This document shows, in pieces, positions 1 to 11,431 of a DNA stretch of 20,000 bases (its first letter is position 1; every line of letters starts with the position of its first letter). The stretch comes from Veleropilina oligotropha. Lineage: Eukaryota. Under the pieces are notes generated by a model. The model saw only the letters and a list, made by a program, of their open reading frames with translations. It did no database searches and was not told the origin of the DNA. A program made the translations under genes and the position numbers. Where the stretch lies: contig JBEUKZ010000080.1 of the NCBI GenBank assembly GCA_048128005.1, positions 432,226 through 452,225 on the forward strand. The letters run 5' to 3'.

Positions 1-452
1 TGCCTGTGAATAAAAATGGTAAACTAGACCGAAAAAGGCTGCGATCATTGGCCAGCTCCATGATTGAAAAGAAGCTATAAATAATTAATAGACATTAATT
101 AATATATGATATTTGGATCGGATTTTCTGGTAATCGGAGAACGAATAATTAAGCATTTATCCTCGATGTTAATTTAGTAATAAGCGAATAAACGCATATG
201 TAAATCACTATTACCTCTTGGTGGTAGAAATCGTCACCACAATGGCGGCATGGCGATGAATGACATTGTTTTCGTCTAAAAATCACTTTATGTGGTTTCT
301 GAGCATTTTAAAACTATTTCAATGTATACCGGTGCTTAAATTTGGAAAACTGTTTATTTTCACTGTAATAATACTAGGAAATTAGAAATATATATATATA
401 AATGTATAATTATGATTTTTGTTTTGAAGACCGTGTGACCTTTTCTGATTAA

Positions 453-743
453 TCTTAATATAATGGAGCTATAATTGTATGCGGGTCTGTCTGTTTCAAG
501 TTGAACTCCTCCCAGACGCTTTGACCTAGGACCTTCAAACTTTGGGGGGTTAATCGGGGTCCCCCAAGGAAGGTTTACCACGAAAAAAATTCTGAAAATT
601 CGCGAAAAAAAAAAAAATTTACTATCATTTTTAATATAATGGAGAAAAAAAAAAAGAAAAAAAAAAGGGTGCACTATCCAAAAAAAAATAAAAAAAATTT
701 GGCCTGGGGGGACTTACCCGGCGAAGACGGGTACCAATGCTAG
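453..743 (+). mobile_element. Non-autonomous Helitron-like element
   Basis: Begins TC after an A (452) and ends CTAG (740-743) before a T. A GC-rich hairpin TACCCG-gcgaaga-CGGGTA (715-733) sits 6 nt upstream of CTAG, and a short TCTG repeat lies near the 5' end. This is the canonical Helitron terminal signature. The 5' boundary is less certain than the 3' one. Confidence 0.62.
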
Positions 744-1407
744 TCGTAGTAATTAACAAGACCGATGCGCTCGAAATATGTCTCTATATCTATACACCGA
801 TCGATATCTCCACACTCTCTAACTCGCTAAAGTAATAATTCAAATAATTTTGCATTCAACAGGTAAATATCATTAATTTAAGCATGCGCAGTATCCACAG
901 GCCACATAAGCCATATTCAGCTATGATTATGGGAGGCTTATTCCAATAGAATTACTTCGAATATTGAGAAGTCACGAATATGACAGTGGAACAGTGAGGC
1001 CAGGCTGCTCCTCTGGTGCAGGTCGATCAGAGGCTGGCCAAAGTGCTCGGCCCTTCGTCTCAATTGATCATGCACAGAGGTAAGGGTGTTGCTTAGCGTA
1101 TTCTTGATTGATTTGTCGGTTTGCAGATATTTCTCAGCCAACGTCTTTGCTTGTGTTGCAGAGTTCCTTCATGTTCATGTACCTCGTCATATAGCTCATC
1201 TTCCAGGTGACATTTAGCTTTCACTCGATCTGCTTAGTCGGTGTCTAGGTTTCGCATATGTAGAGCAGGACACACTCCATGGTGACAGTGAAAAGGGTGA
1301 TCTTTAATCGATCTGCAAGTAACTTTTCCATTCAGGCCTAACCAGGCGAGTGCTATCTGGACAATTTCGCAATTAAAGCCGACCTTGGCCTTGATATCCG
1401 AAATTTC

Positions 1408-2730
1408 ACCGCCTTGCACAATGGCTCGTTAACGAGGGATTAGCACACCAAAGGATATCATGCTGGCTTGTACATGACCTGAGATCTAGTCTGGACAAGG
1501 TCTGTGTCAGGAAAGTACATTTTGACCTCTGTGACCTAGACTTTGACCGAACAACAAAACTGAACATTAATGCACTCACTATCAGAGAATAATTTGGTGG
1601 AAAAAATTAAAAAAAAATAAAATATAGAAATGCCCGATATGGAATATTTTATCATGGTCACAATGCCAAGGTCAAAGGTGCAAAATTTTAGCGCCGTGCA
1701 CATGCTTGAAGTGTGGGCCATGCATCTACAAAGAAATTAGAAGGATAAGATTGGAAATATACGAGAACCAGGACGGACACGATTTAGGGATCAAAGGTCA
1801 TTACGGCAAGGTCAAAGGACATTACGCCGCCTTGCACAATGGCACGTTAAGGGGGGATAGCATATCACAGGAAATCATGCTGGCATATACATGACCTGAG
1901 ATCTAATCAGGACAAGATGTGTGTCAGGAAAGTACATTTTGACCTCTGTGACCTTGACCTTTGACCGAACACCAAAATTGAACATTGTTATATAAAGTAC
2001 TCACCCTCAGGAAAATATTTGGTGAAAAAACTTAGAAAATAATAAAATATAAAAATGCCCAAATATAAAATTTGTTATCAAGGTCAACGGTCAAAAGTGC
2101 AAAATGTTAGAACCCTGCACATGCCTGAAGTGTGGGCAATGCATCTACAAAGAAATTAGAAGGATAGGTTTGAAATCTCCGGGAACCAGGCCGGACGCGA
2201 TTTGGGGGTCATCAAGGTCGAAGGTCGTTTTCGCAAAAATTTTGCCGATAAACACAGTGGCATGCCAGGGCGGTTTAACATACCAAAGGAAATAATGCTG
2301 GCGTGTATACGACCTGAGATCTAGCCCCGATAAGGTGCGTGTCAGGAAAGTACATTTTGACCTCTGTGGCCTTGACCTTTGACCGAACAACTAAATTGAA
2401 CATTGCTATCTAACCCTAACCCTCACCCTCAGGAAAACAACAAAATATAATAATTACCAAATTTTTTTTATCAAGATCAGTGCCATGGTTAAAGGTCAAA
2501 TTGACATGTCTGAAGTGTAGGCCATGCATCTGCAAATAAATTAGAAGGATAAGATACGAAATCTCGAAGAGCCAGGCCGGACACAATTTCGGGGTCAAAG
2601 GTCATTACGTCAAAATCGAGGGTCGTTTTCGAAAAAATTTGTCGAAAAGCACAATGCCATGCTAGGGCGGTTTAACATACGAAAGGCAATAATGCTGGCA
2701 TGTATGGGACCTGAGATCTACCCCGGATAA
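1408..2730. repeat. Tandem satellite-like repeat, ~417-bp unit, ~3.2 diverged copies
   Basis: Anchor GACCTGAGATCT recurs at 1476, 1893, 2311 and 2708 (spacing 417/418/397). Shared blocks include GTCAGGAAAGTACATTTTGACCTCTGTG and GCATCT(A/G)CAAA(G/T)AAATTAGAAGGATA. Rich in TGACCTTGACCTTTGACC / GGTCAAAGGTCA motifs. Confidence 0.9.
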
Positions 2731-2840
2731 GAAAAGGTACCTGTTCTGTAGTGACAACTAAACTGGCTTCTCTTTCTCTCTTCTTTAACAGGTAATCATA
2801 TCTATCATGATGAGACGCATCTCCTACCTGACACTTCATT

Positions 2841-3150
2841 GCATTCGCCGACGTAGTTCTGTGAGAAGGTATTCCAATTGGGTCGGTTAGTCTCTCTGTC
2901 TGTCTGTCTATCTATCTGTCCGCGAGCTTATCTCAACAACCGTATCCGATTTACTGAACTTTTGAACACGAGATAAGATCCAACGTATGCTCGGTCCTCC
3001 CGAATGATGATCCGAATCTGAAAGCGGATCCTGATTTTATGACGCCATTTCCGGTTTGCGGATTTTCTGTCCGCGAGCATATCGCAACAACAATTGATCC
3101 AATTTAGTCAATTTTTGCCACCAGATAAGGTCCACCCTAGGCTCGGTCGG
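2841..3150 (+). mobile_element. Fragment of Helentron/DINE-1-like interspersed repeat
   Basis: (CTGT/CTAT)n microsatellite at ~2895-2920, followed by an internal core CTGTCCGCGAGC.TATC.CAACAAC repeated at ~2916 and ~3067. The architecture resembles microsatellite-bearing non-autonomous Helentrons. Ends not defined. Confidence 0.4.
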
Positions 3151-4159
3151 TCTTTCTCGGAGTACAAACTTCAAATGAGGCTAAAATTTATTCGCAGATA
3201 TTTCTTGCTTTCACCATTCCTTGCCCCCGAGGAGAAGGTTTGCAATCTCTGAATGCATTGTTGACGAAGAAGCAGGCTTCATTGTATCTCTGTTCGTAGC
3301 TGGCGTTGTCAGTCTTGGCAATCTTCTCTTGATGGCTGGAACAAATGTTGGTTCTTTTCCTTTATACGACCCCAAATTTATACTAAAGGCAAATGCAGCT
3401 TGCGATAAGATACACGTGATGGGTACGTAGTTGTATTGGCTTTACAAACGTACATACACCGGACCGGAGGTTCACCTGTTGCTAGTCCCCATGGATTTAA
3501 CAGTTAGATCAATAATCTAATAATTATTGCATGTTCATTTCCAATTGACCTAGTTGGAGCACAGTTGCGTGGTTTATGCTCGTCAAGTAAAATATCTTTC
3601 TACTTGACAATAACATATATGGATCTTTATTTCATGTATCAAACAGTAAGGTAGCATACTTATATTGTAATGTATGAATAAAAATTTGGTATTATTATTC
3701 CAATCTATAATTTGAAAATTTGGGGTTGTATAAAGGAAAAGATCCCAAATGTTTAAGCTGCCATTTTATTTGCCAGGATGAATCTGTCGTAGCGTGTTTG
3801 TTGAACTTCACCCTCCCCATGCTGCAGATCCTGGAATCTATTCCTCACTCCTACCTGGTTCGTGCAGGTCCGTATTGGTAACGAACACTTTCTAGTCATA
3901 CTGGATCCTGTTGTGTTCTTAGCGGGGGTGGTGGAACAGAGAACCGTGTGGTGTCGAGTGCTAGCTCTGAATGCACTGGCTTGACTGCTCTGGATTACAG
4001 GAGTACGATCGAATCTCGGTTGACAATGGCACTCTTTGTTTATTTACCAAACACTGGGCGACGAATCTTTCCTCCCGCGATAACATAGGCCGTCCTGATT
4101 TGAACACGAAGGTTGTAAATAAACAGAACATTAAGCATGCATCCAAACCAAATCGCAGC

Positions 4160-4750
4160 TGGTATTATCAGGCTCAGACGATATATATGGAACTGTGTGC
4201 TTGGTATTATCAGGCTCAGACGCTAGGAATGGAACTGTGTGCTTGGTATTATCAGGCTCAGACGCTAGGAATGGAACTGTGTGCTTGGTATTATCAGGCT
4301 CAGACGCTAGGAATGGAACTGTGTGCTTGGTATTATCAGGCTCAGACGCTAGAAATGGAACTGTGTGCTTGGTATTATCAGGCTCAGACGCTAGAAATGG
4401 AACTGTGACCTTGGTATTATCAGGCTCAGACGATAGGAATGGACTTTGTGCTTGGTATTATCAGGCTCAGACGCTAGGAATGGACTGTGTGCTTGGTATT
4501 ATCAGGCTCAGACGCTAGGAATGGAACTGTGTGCTTGGTATTATCAGGCTCAGACGCTAGGAATGGAACTGTGTGCTTGCTTGGTATTATCAGGCTCAGA
4601 CGCTAGGAATGGAACTGTGTGCTTGATATTATCAGGCTCAGACACTAGAAATGGAACTGTGTGCTTGGTATTATCAGGCTCAGACTCTAGAAATGGAACT
4701 GTGTGCTTGGTATTATCAGGCTCAGATGCAAGGAATGGAACTGTGACCTT
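4160..4750. repeat. 42-bp minisatellite, ~14 copies
   Basis: Unit TGGTATTATCAGGCTCAGACGCTAGGAATGGAACTGTGTGCT repeated head-to-tail with a few substitutions and indels. It explains the spurious 14-aa-repeat ORFs in the track. Confidence 0.97.
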
Positions 4751-5075
4751 GAGTGTAGAGCTCACTCTTGCTCCACTTCATTCTTACAAGAACATGATCT
4801 ACCTGATCTATTGCTGGGTCTCAGAAATGTCCAGTACATCTCTGTAGGTTTCCGGAACATGGTACTGGTAGCAAGTTGTTTTCCAGAATTAGCTTTGACG
4901 GTAGCTCCCCATTCCTGTTTATTCCTGGCATATGGAACCACATCCCTACATAGTTTCGCGTGGAAGTCTCCTAGTATTAATACGAAGTTGTTGACTGGCA
5001 AGATGTCTACCGGGTCACGCATCTGTGAATAGAACTCCTCGCTTACATGTGTTAGTAGCTGCGTATGCTACTGGT
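4735..5075 (-). pseudogene. Decayed APE-type endonuclease of a non-LTR retrotransposon (RTE-like LINE fragment)
   Basis: Minus-strand translation across frameshifts gives AYAATN / EEFYSQM-x-ILPVNNFVLILGDFHAKL / STMFRKP-x-WTF / QVDHVLVRMKWSKS. These match the LINE APE motifs (V)YAPT, EEFY, GDFNAK, NT-x-F-x-K, WT and QIDYIL in the correct order. Confidence 0.85.
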
Positions 5076-5834
5076 ATTATCATCCATCCAGATATGTCTG
5101 GTACCCAATGTGAGGCTATCAAAATGCTCTAGCTACAAGGAGAGCCTGAGCGGATCCAGGATTTCACGCCTGCACCTACCACTCAGATTCCCTTTACGAC
5201 AATGGATATCGCTTGATACACATTGTCTTAACTCCACCACGACATTCCAGACAGTTAAAACCATCAATCTAGATAATTATATAGATACGTATATCGGGCT
5301 GCGTCATACCACGCGACCTCATACCTGCATACATCTGAGTAGTGTCCTCGGTGCAGGTGATGTCGATAGCCAGGTATCCTTCAAAATGGTTCTAATTCAA
5401 ATGGTAGGCATCTAACACATAAGGGTTAGAAAGCATAATGAGGGTCTTATTAAAAAATATGGCGAGTCCGTAGAACGAGCCGACTTTGTAGTAAGACCCG
5501 GCAAGATGTCGTCTAACCAACTTAGAAGCGCATTTCATTTCTCCTCAATAATTAATCGTCAAATTTCAGAAATTGTTTATATTATCAAAACATATGTTCA
5601 TTACTTAATAGTTTCATCGTTTTAACATTATATTAACAAAATGCATATACAAACAAGCGCATCCGAGAGGAAGCATAGTTGAGCCGAAGTTTCTACTCTC
5701 AATTAGGGGTGCGGGGTTTTACCGGTATACCGGTGTACCGCAATTCTCAATGCAAGATGGTACATACCGTGGTACGTAAGGCAGTACCGGTAACCGGTAT
5801 TTTACTGGACTAAAAAATGTTAAGGTTGCGTAGC

Positions 5835-6020
5835 TATAATGATGTTATCAGTATTGTGTGGATTCTGGCACATCGGAAACCTCGAGTGACGTCGTAGTTT
5901 TTGCAGCGGATTAATCCGAGAACGAAGTTCGAGCGATTTATCCGCCGCAAAAACTACGACGTCACGAGAGGTTTCCGATGTGCCAGAATCCACACAATAA
6001 CTGATAACATTTTTATTATA
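5835..6020. mobile_element. Fold-back (near-fully palindromic) MITE, ~186 bp
   Basis: Arms of ~70 bp (TGTTATCAGT.ATTGTGTGGATTCTGGCACATCGGAAACCTC..GTGACGTCGTAGTTTTTGC.GCGGAT) at ~5843-5910 are reverse-complemented at ~5938-6010. Ends TATAAT / ATTATA. Confidence 0.85.
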
Positions 6021-7209
6021 TGCCACAACAAGTTTCTTATTAAATTGAATCGAAAGATTATGGTAATTTTAGTATCGAATCTGTAAGGGAGGTTGAAATA
6101 ATACAGGACTATATATTGGAAGTAGTTTTGCGATGCGGGTGTTTGGTACTGTCAGTTCGGACTTCTATAACTGGCGGAATTCCCGTCACCGCGTTACAGT
6201 ATTAATGGGGAAAATAGTTCTGTAACCTTCAGTGATTTTCAATAACGTCCGGTAACCAATGGTGGAAGGCTAATGGAACTCATCTTCGTGCCGTCTACCC
6301 ATTACTTAGTGATTTTCTGCTACTGTCTCTGGATCGACTCAGCCGACTCTGGTCATTCCAACATTTATAAAGGACCGTTGTGTTATCCATGGTGGAATGC
6401 GATGGTATAAGATAACATCCCCGTGACCAGACGCTATCCACTGGAGTCGTTGAGTTTACATCTCGTTACTGGATAACGAGGTCAGAAGTAAATGACTAAT
6501 CATTTATATAGTCGAAAACATTGGATACATTGATTACATGTTACATCATTTATACATTTTCTAACTAAACAAAATGAGCCCCGCCCGGGCGTGCTTTCTA
6601 GCCTAGAGCTAGAACGGGACTGGCATTCCAAAGCGCGCACTAGCCTTTAAACAGAATATTTTCACACGTGTCACATGCTCGGCTAGACCAATCGATTAAC
6701 GCGCCTTGGAATCACCCACCTAACTTGAATTTCCCCCTACTCTTAACTTGTCCAATGTTGCAACAGTAACGCGTGCAAAAGGACGCTGAGTAAGCATCAT
6801 TAATCTATTTCAATTATATAAACATGTCCACCCATGCCATCCTTATGTGACGTCAATTCTCGTTAACTGGCTGCTAACTGTTATTGGTAATATAAACAAG
6901 ATTACATTAGGTCACCATGTCACAGTCAATCACTTTATAGCATGGGCTCTTAGTGCAATTAGTCATCAAATACGTTTTCCACATTTATAACCATACTAAT
7001 TTACAATTCTTAAAGTTACCTCGTTAAGTAATTAGACATCATATTGTAACAGTAGTTCCTACGATTTGTCAGCCATTTTGAATACATAAGCAGGAGACGT
7101 TTTCCTGTGAATATATAAGCAGGAGACGTTTTCTGAATCGATATCAGCTGTGTCCGTGATACAGGGTCTCGGAAAACTGCGCGAGAATAGGCGTCAGAAA
7201 ATGACTGGC

Positions 7210-7673
7210 ATATAATAAATAGAGGGTATTTGAAGGTATGTCAGAAATATTAAATATATTTCGCCAAGAGGCCTTGAGTGAATCGGCTAGGATATAGTTC
7301 ACGAGACAAAATATATTTAGTATTTCTGACATAACATAGAATGCTCTATTTATTATATAAATGGGTTAATTGGTTATCAATTAAATACTGTTTTCATTAT
7401 ATAGCCATGCTTATTTTTGTGGAAGACCGAACGCCTTCACTGTTGACGTTGTAATGTTGAAATGTAGTTCACCATCATAACGTCGCCATGGATGACGTCG
7501 CCATGGACAACGTTTTTATGACGTCACTTTATGACGCGTTTTTGATATTTTCACTCACGAGAGTGAAATATGGAAAATATTTTCACTCACGTGAGTGATA
7601 ATATAGATGAGTGAATTACCGATTATATTATTGCCATTATTTAACGAATAACAGCACCATTTATATAATAAAT
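7210..7673. mobile_element. Composite fold-back MITE with two abutting inverted-repeat units
   Basis: IR1: ATATAATAAATAGAG..TATGTCAGAAATA.TAAATATATTT (7210-7261) vs 7309-7358. IR2: exact 17-bp ATTTATTATATAAATGG (7348-7364) vs 7657-7673. Internal TTTCACTCACG.GAGTGA hairpins at ~7549-7600. Confidence 0.7.
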
Positions 7674-8862
7674 GTTTGTATCACACATATCGTTGGCAGA
7701 TCCATAAGTCAACGGCTGCGCAATTTAGAAACGGTCAGTGCCAATGCCCATGGAATATATCCAGTTTAGGGTTAGGTATATATTCCATGGGTATTTGGGT
7801 CAGTGGTAGTCAAGCAGGGTTCCCTACCATTACCGTAAATTTCGTGTAGTCTTACATGAAGGGCTTCCAGAAATTTCTCAAGAAAAGGTCTAGCGACCCA
7901 GCGTTATGAGAAAACATTAAAATAAATTAACTATTCCTCAAACTTACCAAAAGATACCAAATCATATTGTACGTATTCTTTTACATTTCACATTGTAAAT
8001 AAAAAAGGCCTGCATTATTATAGGCCTACTTGGAAATCCCCGATTTCAAGGGACCGCTGACCGCTGACACGAATAGTAGTCGGTTCGAATCTCGGTTGGG
8101 ATTATTTGTTCAAGTTATGAATCACAGTTGTCCGTAACTGGTCGGATTTCCTCTCGCGATAATATGTATTTGTTCTGATTTGAACCTAATACAGGACAAC
8201 AAGAATCGACAATGCCCTTTCCTTTTCTTACGGCCGATTTGAGTGAAGTAGTTTTGGTTGATTATTTGGTTTTCGGCCGAATTGGTTTTATACGCCAATA
8301 ATATTACTTTGACGTCAAGTGACAGGTCATTTGACCAACTCACCACGTCCATCAAGTGTCATAATATGTCTAACACCTATGCTACTGATATGCCAAGTTT
8401 GGTTTACATACCTGAAATGGTGCCACGTATATGACACACTGTGTATGACAATGCCAAATATTTTACTAACAAAATGATTTATATGCGGTATACCGTGGTA
8501 CAAACCGCGGTATAGAGGTAAAAACCACGGTATACCGCGGTACTCGAATTCCCGCGGTACCCAACTCTACTCTCAATAACTTAATTTTATCTTTCTAGGT
8601 TGACCGAGTCAAGAGATATGTCTATTTATGTATTTTACACTTATTTGACTTTCGTGACCTTGACCTTTGACCTCATAAATCGATCAGTAGTTAGATATCC
8701 ACTCATATATAATATATATGAAGTTTCGTGGCTATATGTTTTGAATTGACCATGTTGTGCCATGTAAAGTCATCGTGGACATACACCACCACACAGACAG
8801 ACACACAGACAGCCTCAATACAATATTCCTCCATAAACGACTCAACTAATTAAACCTGTCAC

Positions 8863-9951
8863 TACGGGGCGCCATGCAGGACAGGTTAATTATGTGCACA
8901 AAACCAATTTTGTCTTGTAACAATAAAAATCAATTATGTTGCACAAAATCCAATTATGTAAAATTCTGATATACAAAATTCATTTTTGTTATAAAGGATT
9001 CAATTTTGTAAGACAGAATTGAGTTTTGTGAACAAAATTCAGTTTTGTGGGACAGAATTCAGTTTTGTCCACAAAAGTCATTTTTGTATGCAAATTAGTT
9101 TGCGTAACTGATAGTCTATGTCATCTCTACGTTGATTGGTTCAGATCGGTCTTAGTCCATTTTACTAGATGGTTTAAATATTTCACTAGCACTCCATTTT
9201 ACTAGCAGGTTTAAATATTTCAATGCGAAAATATAACCCAATATATCAATATTATACTTCATTATGGACAGTTATTTTGGTTATATTATGATTACAAAAT
9301 ATATACCTCTAGTTTTATCCAAGAATCTTATTGTGACTAATCATGTATGCGGATGCCAGGGCGGCCACCCATATTGCGTAATGGACCTGCCTCCTTTATG
9401 CGCCATCTTTTATGGGCGCCATCTTTGGAAAAGAGCGATCTTGACAGCCCTGCCAAATCTCAGGTATTACGCCGGATTGATGCACCTCAAAGGCATATAT
9501 AAACTGTTGTGCGAATCAGTATGCGTGAATTATTACATAGTAGGCCTATGTTCTCACAAAATGATTGAAAGTTTGTTACGAAACTGTGTCAGAGTGTGCT
9601 ACCCTATTTTTTTCCGCAATAAAATCATTGATTAATGACATAATAATTCACAACAAATAACATGTAAACTAACACGTTGAAGCCACTGTCTGTTGGCAGT
9701 CCAGTTTCTGACCAATGGTAGTCCTTCTTACATGCGTGTGCCATATTTGGGCAACAGAATCGAAACGTATGCAAATGACACAGAATTGAATTTTGTGACA
9801 CAGAATTGAGTTTTGTTGACAAAATCAGTATATATTTAATTTTGTTAGACAAAATTCAGTTTTGTCCACAAAACACATTTTTGTCAAGTTTATAGGTACA
9901 AAAATGAATTTTGTTGACAAAATTTAGCCATGTCCCACTTGGCGCCCCGTA
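8863..9951. mobile_element. Non-autonomous TIR DNA transposon (1,089 bp), superfamily unassigned
   Basis: TIR TACGGGGCGCCA at both ends, extending imperfectly ~50 bp. Flanked by GTCAC (8858-8862, 9952-9956); an alternative reading is a C/G-extended TIR with a 3-bp TCA duplication. Subterminal arrays of ~20-bp semi-palindromic units ACA(A/G)AATT(C/G)AGTTTTGT at ~8898-9090 and ~9778-9925. Confidence 0.88.
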
Positions 9952-11431
9952 GTCACCCCTATTCCTAATAATTGGTTGGGTATCGCAAACAAAAGAATTG
10001 ACAGACTACTGTCTTCGGCAATAAATGACGATAATACGGCTTTATTATTGGCCGAGAAACGAAAAGGGCTTCTAAAGATGGTTTTACACGAGCTAATTTG
10101 TCGTCCAACTAATCGGTCAACTAGTTGGCTCCAACTCTGGTGTTCTAATGAGCAGACTTTTGGTACAACTTGTCGTTCGTCTTGTCAAGGGAGATTCGAT
10201 ACATTTATTACTATATCTTATATTTTATTTCTGGATATGATAATATCTTATCCAGCATAACTTTATGCAAAGAATACACACAAAAAGAGTTGGCGTCAAA
10301 TCCCATTTACTGGACTAAAGTGGAATCAGCATATTTAAGAAAGCGGAACGTGCAATATGGCGCTGTACATCTGTTTATTTATTAACATGTTCTGGTGACG
10401 TTAACAACTCTTACAGTATTCGAGATTTAATGTAATTTTAATTTAATGTAACTTTGAAGGCATGCTTGGAATGGCCTCTAGATGCTTTTATTGTATAATC
10501 GTAGTTTCTTTGTATAATTGCGTTCATGTTCCATTAAGCTAACAGTTTTCACTTAAATTTATTGTGAATACTTTACTGACCTAAAATGTCGCAGGTCAAT
10601 ACGGCGAAATAAGATGGCGGACTAGACAGTTGAGTGATTGTGTGCTCTGACAATTTTTCAGTAAATAATCAAACAAATTGTTATAAGACCATCAATATGC
10701 AGCTGTAAGACAGTGAAATAAGCTCTGCAAGGATACAAACGCGAGAGGAATCAACTATGGATCAGGTGACTAGTTACATATGCGTTTAATAATCCCAACC
10801 CTAAATATACGCTGAATTATCTCTTATGAAACTGTATTAACTTCGAACGCGATTAAACCACGCAATAACTGGAGGATTAAATTTATAATCCAGAACAATA
10901 TAATGTGAATACCTGTAGATGTGGACAATTTATATCATCTTTATTTAATTTCATTTGTGTGACACAGATTTCTTTGTCTGTGTGTGAAAGTGACATTGAC
11001 AATTTTGAACGCGCCTTGCACGATTTTTCTGATCGGCAATAACACGACTCATCCAATTAACGAGACGTTAATTACTCAATCAGCGAACAATGACTACAAA
11101 GGAAAAAAGAAAATTGATGGATACCAGCATTGACGACTCCAGTGACGAGCGGCCAATCCGTCGCCGAAATTCCCTTCCGTCATTACCTGAGCAGCAGGGG
11201 GGGTGAATAGACTTTTTAGAATGGAAAAATACAGCGCCCAGCACCATTTCAGAACTGAGCTGGTATTACTGAGGGGAACTATGGAGTTAGACTAGGGGCG
11301 CGGCGAGGGAAATTAAGCTCCCAGCACCCTTTCCAGACCCCAGGGTGGGGATTGTATTACAAAAAGTCACCGTGTGTACAGAGCCCTTAGGGACGGCCCA
11401 CAACCCTCGCCGGCCCGGGCTCGATATCTTC

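Larger units (their letters stand above)
5704..8569. mobile_element. Non-autonomous hAT-like DNA transposon (2,866 bp) with 8-bp TSD
   Basis: Flanked by the exact direct repeat CTCTCAAT (5696-5703 and 8570-8577). Imperfect TIRs TAGGGGTG.. / ..CAACTCTA. Dense subterminal (T)ACCG / CGGTATACCG repeats at 5720-5800 and 8487-8560. An 8-bp TSD with YAG ends and subterminal repeats is typical of hAT. No transposase ORF inside. Confidence 0.8.
5652..8850 (+). mobile_element. Helentron/DINE-like non-autonomous element split by the hAT-like insertion (pieces ~5652-5703 and ~8578-8850)
   Basis: Starts AACAAG. Subterminal inverted repeat TAGTTGAGCCG (5676-5686) vs CGACTCAACTA (8838-8848), 10/11 match. 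TGACCTTGACCTTTGACC motif at ~8655 and (ACAG/ACAC)n tract at ~8790-8812. Removing the insertion and one TSD copy rejoins the two halves. Confidence 0.55.

Noticed and set aside
360..3430. Short ORFs in the left region (360-674, 938-1141, 1706-1894, 2104-2295, 3221-3430)
   Set aside because: They fall in low-complexity or satellite sequence, mostly have non-ATG starts, and show no recognisable motifs.
4160..4750. Possible CRISPR array or repeat-protein gene (WYYQAQTLGMELCA / CLVLSGSDARNGTV ORFs)
   Set aside because: Units are contiguous with no unique spacers, there are no cas genes, and indels shift frames. It is a simple minisatellite.
7080..7135. Short direct duplication AAT..ATAAGCAGGAGACGTTTTC (a similar duplication lies at ~9157-9222)
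   Set aside because: Ordinary local slippage duplications with no further structure.
9264..10385. ORFs 9264-9635, 9976-10260, 10170-10385 as transposase or host exons
   Set aside because: No DDE or other motifs, and composition is typical of random AT-rich sequence.
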